A stretch of 64,000 bases of DNA from Candidatus Caldarchaeum sp. (GTDB lineage: Archaea > Thermoproteota > Nitrososphaeria_A > Caldarchaeales > Caldarchaeaceae): NCBI GenBank assembly GCA_033580815.1, contig JAVQUC010000001.1, forward strand, positions 93,259-157,258, in the 5' to 3' direction. How positions within the stretch are numbered: the first letter of the stretch is position 1; each line of letters starts with the position of its first letter. A model generated the notes under the pieces. The model had not been told where the DNA came from and did not search any database. It worked only from the letters and a program-made list of their open reading frames with translations. The translations under genes and the position numbers were made by a program. This document shows, in pieces, positions 9,047 to 18,093 of the stretch.

Positions 9047-10054
9047 TCAACCTTCCAGCTCCACCATGTTCACTCCCAGCAGAAGCGAAAGGCCCTTGAC
9101 GGCCTCGGTGAGGGCGGTCTGAGGAGATGTTTTGAGTCTCAGCCGAGCTGCCCCCGCGTGACCTCCTCCATCCCCCTCAAACCTGGCCACGAGATATTTC
9201 GTCAAGTCTTCGCCGAGAGTTATTCCCGCGTATTTCTGGAAGTCTTGGGAGCTTCGCGCCGCAACCACAGCGTATTCGCCTTTCGAGCCCGCGACAAGGG
9301 CGACGTGGGCTCCGGCCGAAATAAGCGTTCGCGCCACGGATGAAAGGTAGCCGTTGACCCTGCTGGCTGCAACGAACCATTCTCCGAGCTTGAAAACATC
9401 CATCCGACGGAGCGCCTTGAGGCGGGCTATTCTTTCTGCGTCCTCGATTTTCGGCTCAAGCATCCCGATTATCTTCGAGGGGTCGATCGTGCTTAGCAGA
9501 GTAGCGGCTTTGACCGCAAGCTCTTTATCCGCGACGGAGAGCCTAACGGTATCATAATACATTCCGAGAAATAGTGCCTCAGCAGTTTTGCTATCAGGTC
9601 TTAGGTTGAGGAATTCAAGAAGGTCATAAACCATTTCCGATACCGCCTGATACTGGGGGGATACGATGGAGCATAGGTTTTCAGCTTCGCGAGTCTGCAG
9701 ATGATGGTCGATCACGATCATATCTTTGCCAGAGCTGACCACAACTTCTTTCAGATCACCTAGCTGGTTGAGGCTTCCGACATCTACCAAGACGTAGACT
9801 TCGGGTTCAGCGACGATCTTCTCGGCGAAGCCAATTCTTTCCATGATGGCTTTTACATGCGCAGAAACTTCCTCTGGTATGATAAAGCCAACTTCAGATG
9901 CTTGATAAATATCTTTGAGCAGGTTGGTGAGGACGTAGGAGGCACCGACCGAGTCTGCGTCCCCGCCCCAATGGGAAACTATCTGAACTCTCTTCCCGTA
10001 GGCTAGCCTCTCCAAGGTCCGGTGAAGGCTGCGAATGAGTCCATGGTCTCTCAT
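9047..10054 (-). CDS. DHH/DHHA1 family phosphoesterase (NrnA/RecJ-like)
   Basis: 335 aa with motifs GGDADSVGAS, VIDHH and C-terminal GGGHAGAA. Confidence 0.8.
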   Translation of the reverse strand: MRDHGLIRSLHRTLERLAYGKRVQIVSHWGGDADSVGASYVLTNLLKDIYQASEVGFIIPEEVSAHVKAIMERIGFAEKIVAEPEVYVLVDVGSLNQLGDLKEVVVSSGKDMIVIDHHLQTREAENLCSIVSPQYQAVSEMVYDLLEFLNLRPDSKTAEALFLGMYYDTVRLSVADKELAVKAATLLSTIDPSKIIGMLEPKIEDAERIARLKALRRMDVFKLGEWFVAASRVNGYLSSVARTLISAGAHVALVAGSKGEYAVVAARSSQDFQKYAGITLGEDLTKYLVARFEGDGGGHAGAARLRLKTSPQTALTEAVKGLSLLLGVNMVELEG

Positions 10055-10098
10055 AGTCCCTTTGGAAAAGGCGTGCTGAAGCTATAAACCCTAGTCCC

Positions 10099-10464
10099 CT
10101 ACTGTTGTGAGGGTTGGCCGCCGCTCAGAAGCCGTTGCACCTCTTTCTGAAGGCTTTCTATCTGGGCTCTCGCCCTCGATTCCTGCCTTTCGATGACCTT
10201 TAGCCTCGTGTCGGCTAATTCTTTCCGTTCAGAAAGCTCCGCGGCAATTTTGGCTTTGGTTGTCTGCACCAGCACAGGGCCCACAGCCTTGAAGACAATT
10301 GCTCCGTCATCCATTTTGTTGACCTCCTCAAGAGCCGTGTTGACCTCCGCCAACTCTGCCTCAACTCGTTGTTTTTCTGAAAGGAGAAGCGCTAGGCTTT
10401 GCTGAAGCTGCTGCAACCTTAAAACCTGTTGCTGAACACTCGGGGGAATCTCCTTACCCGACAT
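10099..10464 (-). CDS. pfdB: prefoldin beta subunit
   Basis: 121 aa. Two coiled-coil arms flank a beta-hairpin core (AIVFKAVGPVLVQTTK). Sits in the conserved position at the end of the exosome superoperon. Confidence 0.8.
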   Translation of the reverse strand: MSGKEIPPSVQQQVLRLQQLQQSLALLLSEKQRVEAELAEVNTALEEVNKMDDGAIVFKAVGPVLVQTTKAKIAAELSERKELADTRLKVIERQESRARAQIESLQKEVQRLLSGGQPSQQ

Positions 10465-10711
10465 TTTCGAGCACCTCCATGGTTTGTAGGGATGTGTTGA
10501 GCAACCTTATTACTGTGTTTGCTGCGGCCCTTGCGGCGACCAAGTCGATGCTTCTCACCGTAACCATTAACTCTCCGCTCCTAACTAGCTCAGCATGAAG
10601 TTTAGACCGAGACGAGATCATCGAACTTATTTCGGGCATGATGCTTTTCGTCACTACATTGGCAACGTTTTCAGGAAGACAGACTAAAAATTTCAACTCT
10701 ACTTCCGCCAT
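10454..10711 (-). CDS. pcc1: KEOPS complex subunit Pcc1
   Basis: 85 aa. Pattern LKFLVCLPENVANVV..MPE..SRSKLHAELVRSGELMVTVRSIDLVAARAAANTVIRLL matches the Pcc1/CTAG fold signature. Lies between L37ae and prefoldin beta. Confidence 0.6.
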   Translation of the reverse strand: MAEVELKFLVCLPENVANVVTKSIMPEISSMISSRSKLHAELVRSGELMVTVRSIDLVAARAAANTVIRLLNTSLQTMEVLENVG

Positions 10712-10938
10712 TATTTCTCAGCCCTCGGCGTATACGCTTGTCCCGCGAACTTGAACCCGCATCTCCTACACTGCCAAACACCCACCGAAACTCTTCGAAC
10801 CGCTTTTGCTCCACATTTGTCGCATGAGTATCTCGACCTCGAAGCGGAAACAACTTCGGACCATTTTTTCCTGAGTGTTGAGCCGTACCTAGAGCCAAGC
10901 CCTTTCGCAATTCCCAGCCTTGTCTTAACCAGTTCCAA
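10711..10938 (-). CDS. rpl37ae: ribosomal protein L37ae (eL43)
   Basis: 75 aa with GSRYGSTLRKKW and the zinc ribbon CDKCG..CRRCG. Confidence 0.9.
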   Translation of the reverse strand: MELVKTRLGIAKGLGSRYGSTLRKKWSEVVSASRSRYSCDKCGAKAVRRVSVGVWQCRRCGFKFAGQAYTPRAEK

Positions 10939-11752
10939 CCACCTCCAAAACCTTTTTCCTAAGCTTCTCAGACGTCGTCAGCCCAATTTTAACCATCTCC
11001 CTAAACATACCCACTGGCAACAATCCTGGAGAGCTTTTCTGAACCGCCGAAATCACTCCCTCCGAATCGTAACCTATCGTGACAACGGTGTCGGCCACTT
11101 CTTCCTCCGCTGGAATAGGGTCGACGACTATTTTGTCTCGAATCAAACCCATGGTCACGCTGACAGGTATGGACCTCAGCGGAAGCTTTGTCCGCTCTCC
11201 CGGAACAAGCTCGACTTTTCCATCGGAAACTCGGTAAACTGGCAACGTCATCGTCGCCAATGCAGCAACAGCCGAGAGGACAGCGGCGTCAAAGTAGTTG
11301 CCATCGTAGTCAAGGACGTAACAGTCAATGTAAATCATGTAAACCTTCTGACCCGGTATAAGAGAAAGTTTGTCGAGCTCGATTGCCTTGCTTTCGCGTA
11401 TTACCCGGTCTACTATTCTCGATAATTCTATGGCGCGTTCGTCTGGTGGGCCTGGTTCAAAGCTTTTCGAAGCAAGCGGAAGAAGCTCGGCGTTGACGGT
11501 GAAAACCCCCTCATTAGGCCTGTCGGGGAACGGGCTGCCAACCTCGACCTTGATCCCAGTAAGAATCTTCGTCTTCCCGAGCGAGACCAGCGCCGACCCG
11601 TCGGCCTTGTCCACGACCTTAGTAGTTATACTGATTTCGCGAAATTCAAGCGGCTCTCTTTCGTCGATTCTTTTGCCGAGCTTGAGCAAATCGTAGACCT
11701 TGTTTTTCATGATTTTGATTCCGTAGCCCCTTTTCTCGAGTCCTAAGCTCAT
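10925..11752 (-). CDS. rrp42: exosome complex subunit Rrp42
   Basis: 275-aa RNase PH-like protein downstream of rrp41 in canonical order. Confidence 0.85.
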   Translation of the reverse strand: MSLGLEKRGYGIKIMKNKVYDLLKLGKRIDEREPLEFREISITTKVVDKADGSALVSLGKTKILTGIKVEVGSPFPDRPNEGVFTVNAELLPLASKSFEPGPPDERAIELSRIVDRVIRESKAIELDKLSLIPGQKVYMIYIDCYVLDYDGNYFDAAVLSAVAALATMTLPVYRVSDGKVELVPGERTKLPLRSIPVSVTMGLIRDKIVVDPIPAEEEVADTVVTIGYDSEGVISAVQKSSPGLLPVGMFREMVKIGLTTSEKLRKKVLEVVGTG

Positions 11753-12480
11753 GTCTCCAACCCCTCCGGCTCGACCCTGTAACGTCTCTTCAGGGCTTCC
11801 GTCTGCATCTGATTAATTCGTTTTATGGCTGTCTGAGCCATTTCCAAGCCCTTGCTTATTTCCTCAGCCGTCATTCTACCGTTCAGCTGAAGCAGTACGA
11901 TTGAGTTGAGCTGCGGAGCCATGGCAACGGGCATGTCAGCTTCACCGTATTTGTCCTCGGTTTCGTTGATGTCGAGAACCAGAGTTCCGTCGACCTTCCC
12001 AACGGCTACCGCAGCGATTAGGTCGGCCATGGGAACGCCTGCGTCAGCCAAAGCAAGTGATGCAGCAGTGATTCCGGCGGTCCTTGTGCCTCCATCGGCC
12101 TGAATGACCTCGACAAAGATGTCTATCATCATGCGTGGAAACTCTTCGAGGAAAACGACCGTTTCAAGTGCTTCGCGCAACACTTTCGAAAGCTCTATCT
12201 CTCTTCTCGTCATCCCCAATGGTTTTCTTTCGTCTACGCTGAAGGAAGCCATGTGATACCGGCAGTTAATCACAGCTCTGTCGGGTAGTTCTAGGTGTTT
12301 CGGATGAACTTCCCGAGGCCCTATGACGCCGGCGTAGATCTTCGTACCACCGAGTTCGACATAGGCGGACCCGTCGGTTTTTTCCAGAACGCCGACTTCC
12401 ATCCTCAGCTTCCTAAGCTCATCAGGTTTTCTGCCGTCAATCCTTATCCCATTTTCATCGATCAACTTCATCATGACCAC
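11749..12480 (-). CDS. rrp41: exosome complex exonuclease Rrp41
   Basis: 243-aa RNase PH domain with [21 protein letters not shown] and [21 protein letters not shown]. Confidence 0.9.
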   Translation of the reverse strand: MVMMKLIDENGIRIDGRKPDELRKLRMEVGVLEKTDGSAYVELGGTKIYAGVIGPREVHPKHLELPDRAVINCRYHMASFSVDERKPLGMTRREIELSKVLREALETVVFLEEFPRMMIDIFVEVIQADGGTRTAGITAASLALADAGVPMADLIAAVAVGKVDGTLVLDINETEDKYGEADMPVAMAPQLNSIVLLQLNGRMTAEEISKGLEMAQTAIKRINQMQTEALKRRYRVEPEGLET

Positions 12481-13129
12481 CTGTTTCCTTCATTTTTTTC
12501 AGAAGCTGAATTACCCTTTCGGTCAACCCAACCGTATGGGCCTCTCGCTCAATCAAGTTGACGGCTGCCACTGCTGCAAACTCGCTAGAGGGGTTCGGGC
12601 CGTTCACCACGAGGAGCCCGTTTCTCCCGATCCAGAAATCACACCCAGTCTCTTTGCGCAAAACCTGCAGCATGGAACCTTTCCGGCCGATAAGCCGCGG
12701 CACCTTAGCAGCGGTGACCGACACCAAAAGACCGGACGGAATTTTTTGAAGGCCTTCGTTGGATAAGACTATGCCCTTGAGTCCCGTCGATTTTACCTCA
12801 GCATATATGCAGTCTCCGATGTCAATCTTTAACGGAGTGGTTTCGCGCTCAGATGGCTTGATAAAAGCTATCGTGTCTCCGCCTATGTCAACTTCCACTA
12901 CGTTAGGCTTCACGTCAGAAACTATACCAACGACCTTGTCACCGCGTTGCGGCCTGTACCTGCCGCCGATAGGAATAATTCGTATTTGCCCGTTAGAAAC
13001 TCTTGCTAAACCCATGACTGATGCGTAGATTTTTCCGTTGCGAGTATAGGTGCCGAAGCCGCTGCGACGTGAGTTATCCGAAAGTAGTTGACCGGGAACA
13101 ACTAGTTCGTTTTCAGAGATGTACATCAT
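12455..13129 (-). CDS. rrp4: exosome RNA-binding subunit Rrp4 (S1 + KH)
   Basis: 224 aa. N-terminal domain, S1 ([11 protein letters not shown]) and KH ([18 protein letters not shown]) modules. Confidence 0.85.
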   Translation of the reverse strand: MMYISENELVVPGQLLSDNSRRSGFGTYTRNGKIYASVMGLARVSNGQIRIIPIGGRYRPQRGDKVVGIVSDVKPNVVEVDIGGDTIAFIKPSERETTPLKIDIGDCIYAEVKSTGLKGIVLSNEGLQKIPSGLLVSVTAAKVPRLIGRKGSMLQVLRKETGCDFWIGRNGLLVVNGPNPSSEFAAVAAVNLIEREAHTVGLTERVIQLLKKMKETGGHDEVDR

Positions 13130-13828
13130 TTAAGTCACCGGCTTTAATTCAACCCGTCCCCCGCATATCTTGTTCAGTCGGTCCACCAGGTCAGCGTGAA
13201 GTCCCGTCGGTATTTCCGCCAAGCATCGCCAGCTCCCATCCCCTAGCCAGGCTTCTTCAAGCACGCTGCCCATGCTGCGAATCAGCCCATAGACCTTGCC
13301 GACGAACTCGCCCCCAATCCTTATCTCGACTCGCATGTTACCGATTTTGAGGGGAAGGATTTTTCTCAGTTTTTCCACGGCCTTCATAGCCTCTTGCTTC
13401 GCATCGCAGAACGGATCTATCGAAAGCCCGATTTGCTCGATTGCCAGTTCTATTCGTTGCGGAGGATGTGGAGTGTTAGTCCGTGGGTCGATAGCGTTCC
13501 TCGAGATGAAATCAATTATCTGCCTCTTTTTCTCCTCGATCAGCCTTCTACGCTGCTCCGCCGTTATCAACACCTCTCCTTCCGACAGTATCTTTTCAGC
13601 TATCTGTCTGATGTCGGTGATGCCGAAGGATTTTTTCAGCTCTGTTTCCGATGCTCTTATCCCCTTTTTCCAGTCTTTATAAACTTCGTCGTATACCAAA
13701 ATTTTTGAAATCGGAACCTTGTCGCCCATCTTGTATTTGAGGGCGTTGTCCGGTTCTACGAGAATTTCAAAAGTTGTTTCTCCTACTCCAAGCCTAGCGA
13801 TTGTGTAGTTTTCCCTCTGCTTAGGCAT
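13130..13828 (-). CDS. sdo1: SBDS-family ribosome maturation protein (Sdo1)
   Basis: 232 aa. N-terminal FYSH-like ARLGVGETTFEILVEPDNALKYK. Conserved position between psmA and rrp4. Confidence 0.85.
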   Translation of the reverse strand: MPKQRENYTIARLGVGETTFEILVEPDNALKYKMGDKVPISKILVYDEVYKDWKKGIRASETELKKSFGITDIRQIAEKILSEGEVLITAEQRRRLIEEKKRQIIDFISRNAIDPRTNTPHPPQRIELAIEQIGLSIDPFCDAKQEAMKAVEKLRKILPLKIGNMRVEIRIGGEFVGKVYGLIRSMGSVLEEAWLGDGSWRCLAEIPTGLHADLVDRLNKICGGRVELKPVT

Positions 13829-13839
13829 CCTTTGCTCAA

Positions 13840-14574
13840 CTACTGCTTTTTGGATTTAAGAAGCTCGTTCACTATTGGGCTTAGCTCGGACTGGCTTTTC
13901 ATCGTGTACTTCTTTGTCGTAACCGGTATAGTCACCAGCCTAACAGTCCAGCCTTCTTCAATCTTGTCGACGGAGTAAACAAGAGCTTTGAGGCTTAGCT
14001 CTATCGCTTGCTGAAGGTTCATGGAGCGATTGTAGTTGTTCTCGAAAAGCTCTCTTACTTTTTCGGCTCCTCTACCAATGGCCCACGCGTTGTACTCTAG
14101 AATTAACCCGCTCGGCTCGGCGTAGAAAAGCCGCGGCCCAGTCTTGTCGACTCCACCTATTAGGAGGGCCGTCCCAAACGGCCTTACGCCAGCGTGCTGC
14201 GTGTAGATTTGCATTATGTCACCGACACGTCTCGCAACCGCTTCGACAAGGGGCTCCTCGTCATAGGACAGACGCAGCGTCTGCGAGTAAACACGGGCGT
14301 TATCAACTAGGACACGGGCGTCTGAGTTTAGGCCGGCGGTTGCAGCACCGATGTGTTCGTCTATTTGGAAAATCTTCCATGAAAAATCAGCGCTTTGAAG
14401 CTTTGTATGCATCCTTTCCTCCACCGCCAATACAACGCCTTCATCGCAGACAAGCGAAACCGCCGTTGAGCCTGACCGAACCGTTTCGAGAGCGTATTCA
14501 ACTTGGTAGAGGCGACCTTGGGGTGAAAAAACAGTGATGGCCCTGTCATAGGCACCCGTCATGCCTAAAGCCAT
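13840..14574 (-). CDS. psmA: proteasome alpha subunit
   Basis: 244 aa with YDRAITVFSPQGRLYQVEYA, the proteasome alpha N-terminal signature. Confidence 0.95.
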   Translation of the reverse strand: MALGMTGAYDRAITVFSPQGRLYQVEYALETVRSGSTAVSLVCDEGVVLAVEERMHTKLQSADFSWKIFQIDEHIGAATAGLNSDARVLVDNARVYSQTLRLSYDEEPLVEAVARRVGDIMQIYTQHAGVRPFGTALLIGGVDKTGPRLFYAEPSGLILEYNAWAIGRGAEKVRELFENNYNRSMNLQQAIELSLKALVYSVDKIEEGWTVRLVTIPVTTKKYTMKSQSELSPIVNELLKSKKQ

Positions 14575-14675
14575 GTTTCAACACACCTGCTACATCACAC
14601 GATGCTGGGATTAAATAAAGTTAGCGCAGGAATGCCTCTCGGCTTAAACCTATATACGACGCGAGGAGCTGTGAC

Positions 14676-14888
14676 GTGACGAACTTGCCCTTCTGCTTCG
14701 ACTGTGGCGGAAGACTGGTTTACGACAGAGAGACAAAGACCTACAGCTGCGAATTATGCGGCTCAACCTACACGAGTCAAGACCTCCTAATTGAACGAGA
14801 AAAAAGGTTTAACAGCAAATTTGAGATTGAGAAGAAAAAACGTCGTAGGGAAGAATACCTCGAATGGTGGCTCAGCTCTAAGCAGTGA
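14676..14888 (+). CDS. small zinc-ribbon protein with basic C-terminal tail
   Basis: 70 aa with CFDCGG..(14)..CELCG followed by EKKKRRREEY. A TATA-like CTATATA lies about 24 nt upstream of the GTG start. Confidence 0.5.
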   Translation: MTNLPFCFDCGGRLVYDRETKTYSCELCGSTYTSQDLLIEREKRFNSKFEIEKKKRRREEYLEWWLSSKQ

Positions 14889-16206
14889 GGGATTTTTCGA
14901 CAGCATACGCTGTGCGGAGTAGTTTGACATCTTCTCCCAAGTCTGCGACGATCTGTAGACCAACTGGCAACCCTTTGCCGCACAACCCCATCGGCAAAGA
15001 TATGGCGGGTGTGCCGTACAAGTTGAAGACCTCGGTGTTGCGTAGAGAGGCCGACCTTACGTCGAAGACCTTGTCATCGACTTCAACCTCGACATCTTCA
15101 AGTCCGTGAGCTGGAATGATGGTTGTTGGAAGCGCGAGTACATCTATTCGTTTGAAAAGATTTCTGAACGATCTCGTAAGCTTCTTTCTAGCCCTCATAG
15201 CGTTCAAGTAAACCGCTGCAGGAATCGATAGCCCGTTTATAATGCGTTGTCTAACGTCGTCGCCATAGAGGTCAAGCCGTCCCCTGCACAACCTCAGATG
15301 GTATGCCGCAGCCTCGGCAAACCCAATGATCGTACGACATTTAACGGCCTTCTCAACTTCGGGGACGAACACATCCACTACCTCAGCCCCACGGGATTCG
15401 AGAAGTCTCAGAGTTTTTTCAAAATTTTTTCTAACATCGCGGTCGAGATATTCGAGGAAATAGTTTGTCGGTACACCTATTTTCAAGCCCTCTAGTGGTT
15501 GAGGCCAGAAATCGAAGTGCTTGTCGATGTTTTCCGTCAATGCCATGTATACTAAGGCTGTTTCCCACACGTTTCGAGCCATGATTCCCACATGGTCCAA
15601 GCTCCAGCTGAGTGGTAAGACACCTTGTGTGGATATCGAGTTGATGGAAGGCTTGAAGCCAACCACTCCACAAAAGGAAGCGGGGATTCTCACGGAGCCC
15701 GCGGTATCAGTACCTAGAGCTACATCGCACATTCCCAAGGCAACTGCAACCGCGGAGCCTCCGCTTGAACCCCCTGCGACCCGTGATCGGTCGTATGGGT
15801 TGATGCAAGGACCGTAATGAGGGTTTATGCTGGACACTCCGAAAGCAAATTCGTGTAGGTTGGTTTTGCCGTTAATGGCCGCACCTTTTTGCAGAAGTTT
15901 TTCAACGGCTACAGCCGTTTCTTCCGACACATGGTTTCGAAGAAGTTTAGACCCTGCAGTGGTAGGATAACCTTTTACGTGAAATACGTCCTTGACGGCG
16001 ACCGAAATGCCCCTCAAAGGTTGTGTCCTATACCCCACCAGAACCAGCGGCTTCTGAAAGATAGTTATGTAGGCGTTATAGACTGAATTGAGATTAAGTA
16101 TTTTGTGCCCTTGCTCTTCCCATCTCTGTTCAGCGTCGAATTCCCCAGAACTGAATAGTTTTTCCAATGTTCCACCGAATTCAGAAGGGCGTTTCATCAT
16201 CGTCAA
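14878..16206 (-). CDS. amidase-signature (AS) family amidase, GatA-related
   Basis: 442 aa. AS motif GGSSGGSAVAVA, catalytic region GTDTAGSVRIPASFCGVVGFKP, upstream KD..G..TTAGS. Confidence 0.85.
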   Translation of the reverse strand: MTMMKRPSEFGGTLEKLFSSGEFDAEQRWEEQGHKILNLNSVYNAYITIFQKPLVLVGYRTQPLRGISVAVKDVFHVKGYPTTAGSKLLRNHVSEETAVAVEKLLQKGAAINGKTNLHEFAFGVSSINPHYGPCINPYDRSRVAGGSSGGSAVAVALGMCDVALGTDTAGSVRIPASFCGVVGFKPSINSISTQGVLPLSWSLDHVGIMARNVWETALVYMALTENIDKHFDFWPQPLEGLKIGVPTNYFLEYLDRDVRKNFEKTLRLLESRGAEVVDVFVPEVEKAVKCRTIIGFAEAAAYHLRLCRGRLDLYGDDVRQRIINGLSIPAAVYLNAMRARKKLTRSFRNLFKRIDVLALPTTIIPAHGLEDVEVEVDDKVFDVRSASLRNTEVFNLYGTPAISLPMGLCGKGLPVGLQIVADLGEDVKLLRTAYAVEKSLTA

Positions 16207-16351
16207 CCGCCTCGAGTAGCTCTTCCAAAACGTCTACGTTTCTCAAGGACCAGTCATCAAACTTTTCTTTCACAGCTGAGTAATCGACGCCTGCGAGTTT
16301 GAGAAGTCTTTCCGCGGCTTTTTGCATGTATGTCACTGAAAACTCAAGCAT
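16181..16351 (-). CDS. small acidic protein, translationally coupled to the amidase (possibly GatC-like)
   Basis: 56-aa ORF, below the track cutoff: MLEFSVTYMQKAAERLLKLAGVDYSAVKEKFDDWSLRNVDVLEELLEAVDDDETPF. Its stop overlaps the amidase start by 26 nt. Confidence 0.35.
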   Translation of the reverse strand: MLEFSVTYMQKAAERLLKLAGVDYSAVKEKFDDWSLRNVDVLEELLEAVDDDETPF

Positions 16352-16418
16352 ATTTATTCCATCCTTCGGGAAAGTCTAAATAGCGTCTTTCTCAGTTGGG
16401 ATGAGGAGCTAGGGCGAG

Positions 16419-17192
16419 TTGACCGACAACACGAAAATTCTTTTCGTGGTTGGGACAGCGGGTTCGGGTAAATCATCCCTAACCGGAGTCTTCAGCGAAT
16501 GGATGAGAGACCTCGGACAACACAGCGCTACAGTCAACATGGACCCAGCGGCCATCACACTTCCCTATGAGCCGGATGTCGACGTCAGAGAATTCGTAGA
16601 TTACGAAAGAATCATGGCTTCGAAAAACCTCGGCCCCAACGGCGCATTGGTTGCGTCGGTTAGAGAGGCCGCGAGAAACATAGAAGAAATCGCCGCTGCC
16701 GTAGAAGGAACTAACGCGGAATGGCTCGTGGTCGACACCCCTGGTCAGCTAGAGCTTTTCGCCTTCAGGAAAGAAGGAAGAATTATCACCAGAAAAATTT
16801 CAGATGGCAAGAAGCTTCTTCTTTTCTTGATGGACGCTGTCCTATGTGCAAACCCAAGGAACTACGCCGCAACTTTGTTTCTCTCTGTATCCACAATTCT
16901 CTCTTTGGGTCTTCCGTCTATCAATCTGCTAAGTAGGTCAGACGCAGTACCGCCACGCCTTCTGGAACGGATATTCAGCTGGCATGAATCTGAAAACTCT
17001 TTCTCGCTTCAGCCGACGGCTTCGATGAATGAGTTGCAGATGACCGTTTCGCGTGAAATCGTTCAAAATGTTTGGGAAATAGCAAACAGCGTTCCCCTGA
17101 TTAGTGTTTCATCAAAGACATTGGATGGGTTTAATGAGCTGTTCGCCACATTGACCCGTGTATGCGGAGAGGGGGAGATTGAGTTACAATGA
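16419..17192 (+). CDS. GPN-loop GTPase
   Basis: 257 aa. P-loop GTAGSGKSS, GPNG motif (NLGPNGAL), DTPGQLELF. Confidence 0.9.
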   Translation: MTDNTKILFVVGTAGSGKSSLTGVFSEWMRDLGQHSATVNMDPAAITLPYEPDVDVREFVDYERIMASKNLGPNGALVASVREAARNIEEIAAAVEGTNAEWLVVDTPGQLELFAFRKEGRIITRKISDGKKLLLFLMDAVLCANPRNYAATLFLSVSTILSLGLPSINLLSRSDAVPPRLLERIFSWHESENSFSLQPTASMNELQMTVSREIVQNVWEIANSVPLISVSSKTLDGFNELFATLTRVCGEGEIELQ

Positions 17193-18091
17193 CGGATGAG
17201 AACATCTCAGCCGTTGAAGAGGAGATTTTCCAGATTAGGGCTAGGCTGGCGGAGCTTCGGAAGAAGAAGGTCGAATACGAAGAAGAGGCCACGAAGTCTG
17301 TTGAGAAACGTGACAAGATACACACTCGAATCAAGGAAATTAAGGAAAAGAATTCCGCTTATCTGGAGCGGGTTGCACAGCTTCGTGAGGAGCTGGTCCA
17401 ACTCAGGTCGAAACTGGACGAAGTAGTTAAAAAAATCAACGAAAAAAGGAACGAGAAAGAATCTCTTCTATCAACACAGATAGCTGATAACGCGAAAGGC
17501 TATACAGGACAGGAGCTAATCAGAAAGATGCGAGAACTCGAAGAGAGAATCGGGACAGAGATACTCAGGCCGGAGGAAGAGAAGAAAATCTACGAGGAAC
17601 TGCGGCAGCTTAGCAAACTTTTGGCGGAGGTCCAAAAGAGAGAGGGAGTCGCCGAAAAACTCAGGGAGCTTAACGCGTCAACTGCACAACTCTACGAGGA
17701 GGCGAAAAGCCTTCGAGAACAAATAAAACGGAAGAAGGAGGAACTTCAGGCCGCACGTGACGCAATTCAATCGGTTAAGGATTTGATACAACAGTTGAAA
17801 CCAGAGGCGGACATCCATCACAACGCATTCCTCGAAGCCAAAAAGAAGGCACAGATGTGCGAAGCCGAAGAGATTCTATTGGTTTCGCGTCTAGTGGAGC
17901 TTCAAGAATTCGTGAAGAAAAGCAGAGAGCTGGAAATGAGGACGCGAGAATACATGATGAAGGAAAAAATAAAGACACGGGCTTTAGAGAAGCTTTCACA
18001 AGGTGAAAAATTGTCGTTTGAGGAGATGAAGCTTTTGATGGAAGACGATTCTGCTTGGTCGGCTCTGACCAAAAAGCCGGCGAAGAGTTGA
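17189..18091 (+). CDS. conserved archaeal coiled-coil protein (COG1340-like)
   Basis: 300 aa, E/K/L-rich heptad sequence throughout. ATGA overlap with the GPN GTPase stop. Confidence 0.6.
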   Translation: MTDENISAVEEEIFQIRARLAELRKKKVEYEEEATKSVEKRDKIHTRIKEIKEKNSAYLERVAQLREELVQLRSKLDEVVKKINEKRNEKESLLSTQIADNAKGYTGQELIRKMRELEERIGTEILRPEEEKKIYEELRQLSKLLAEVQKREGVAEKLRELNASTAQLYEEAKSLREQIKRKKEELQAARDAIQSVKDLIQQLKPEADIHHNAFLEAKKKAQMCEAEEILLVSRLVELQEFVKKSRELEMRTREYMMKEKIKTRALEKLSQGEKLSFEEMKLLMEDDSAWSALTKKPAKS

Positions 18092-18093
18092 GC

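Noticed and set aside
10751-11425. 224-aa plus-strand ORF
   Set aside because: It lies entirely antisense to the well-supported L37ae and Rrp42 genes. It has low-complexity, Ser/Pro/His-rich composition with no motifs. This is a typical shadow ORF.
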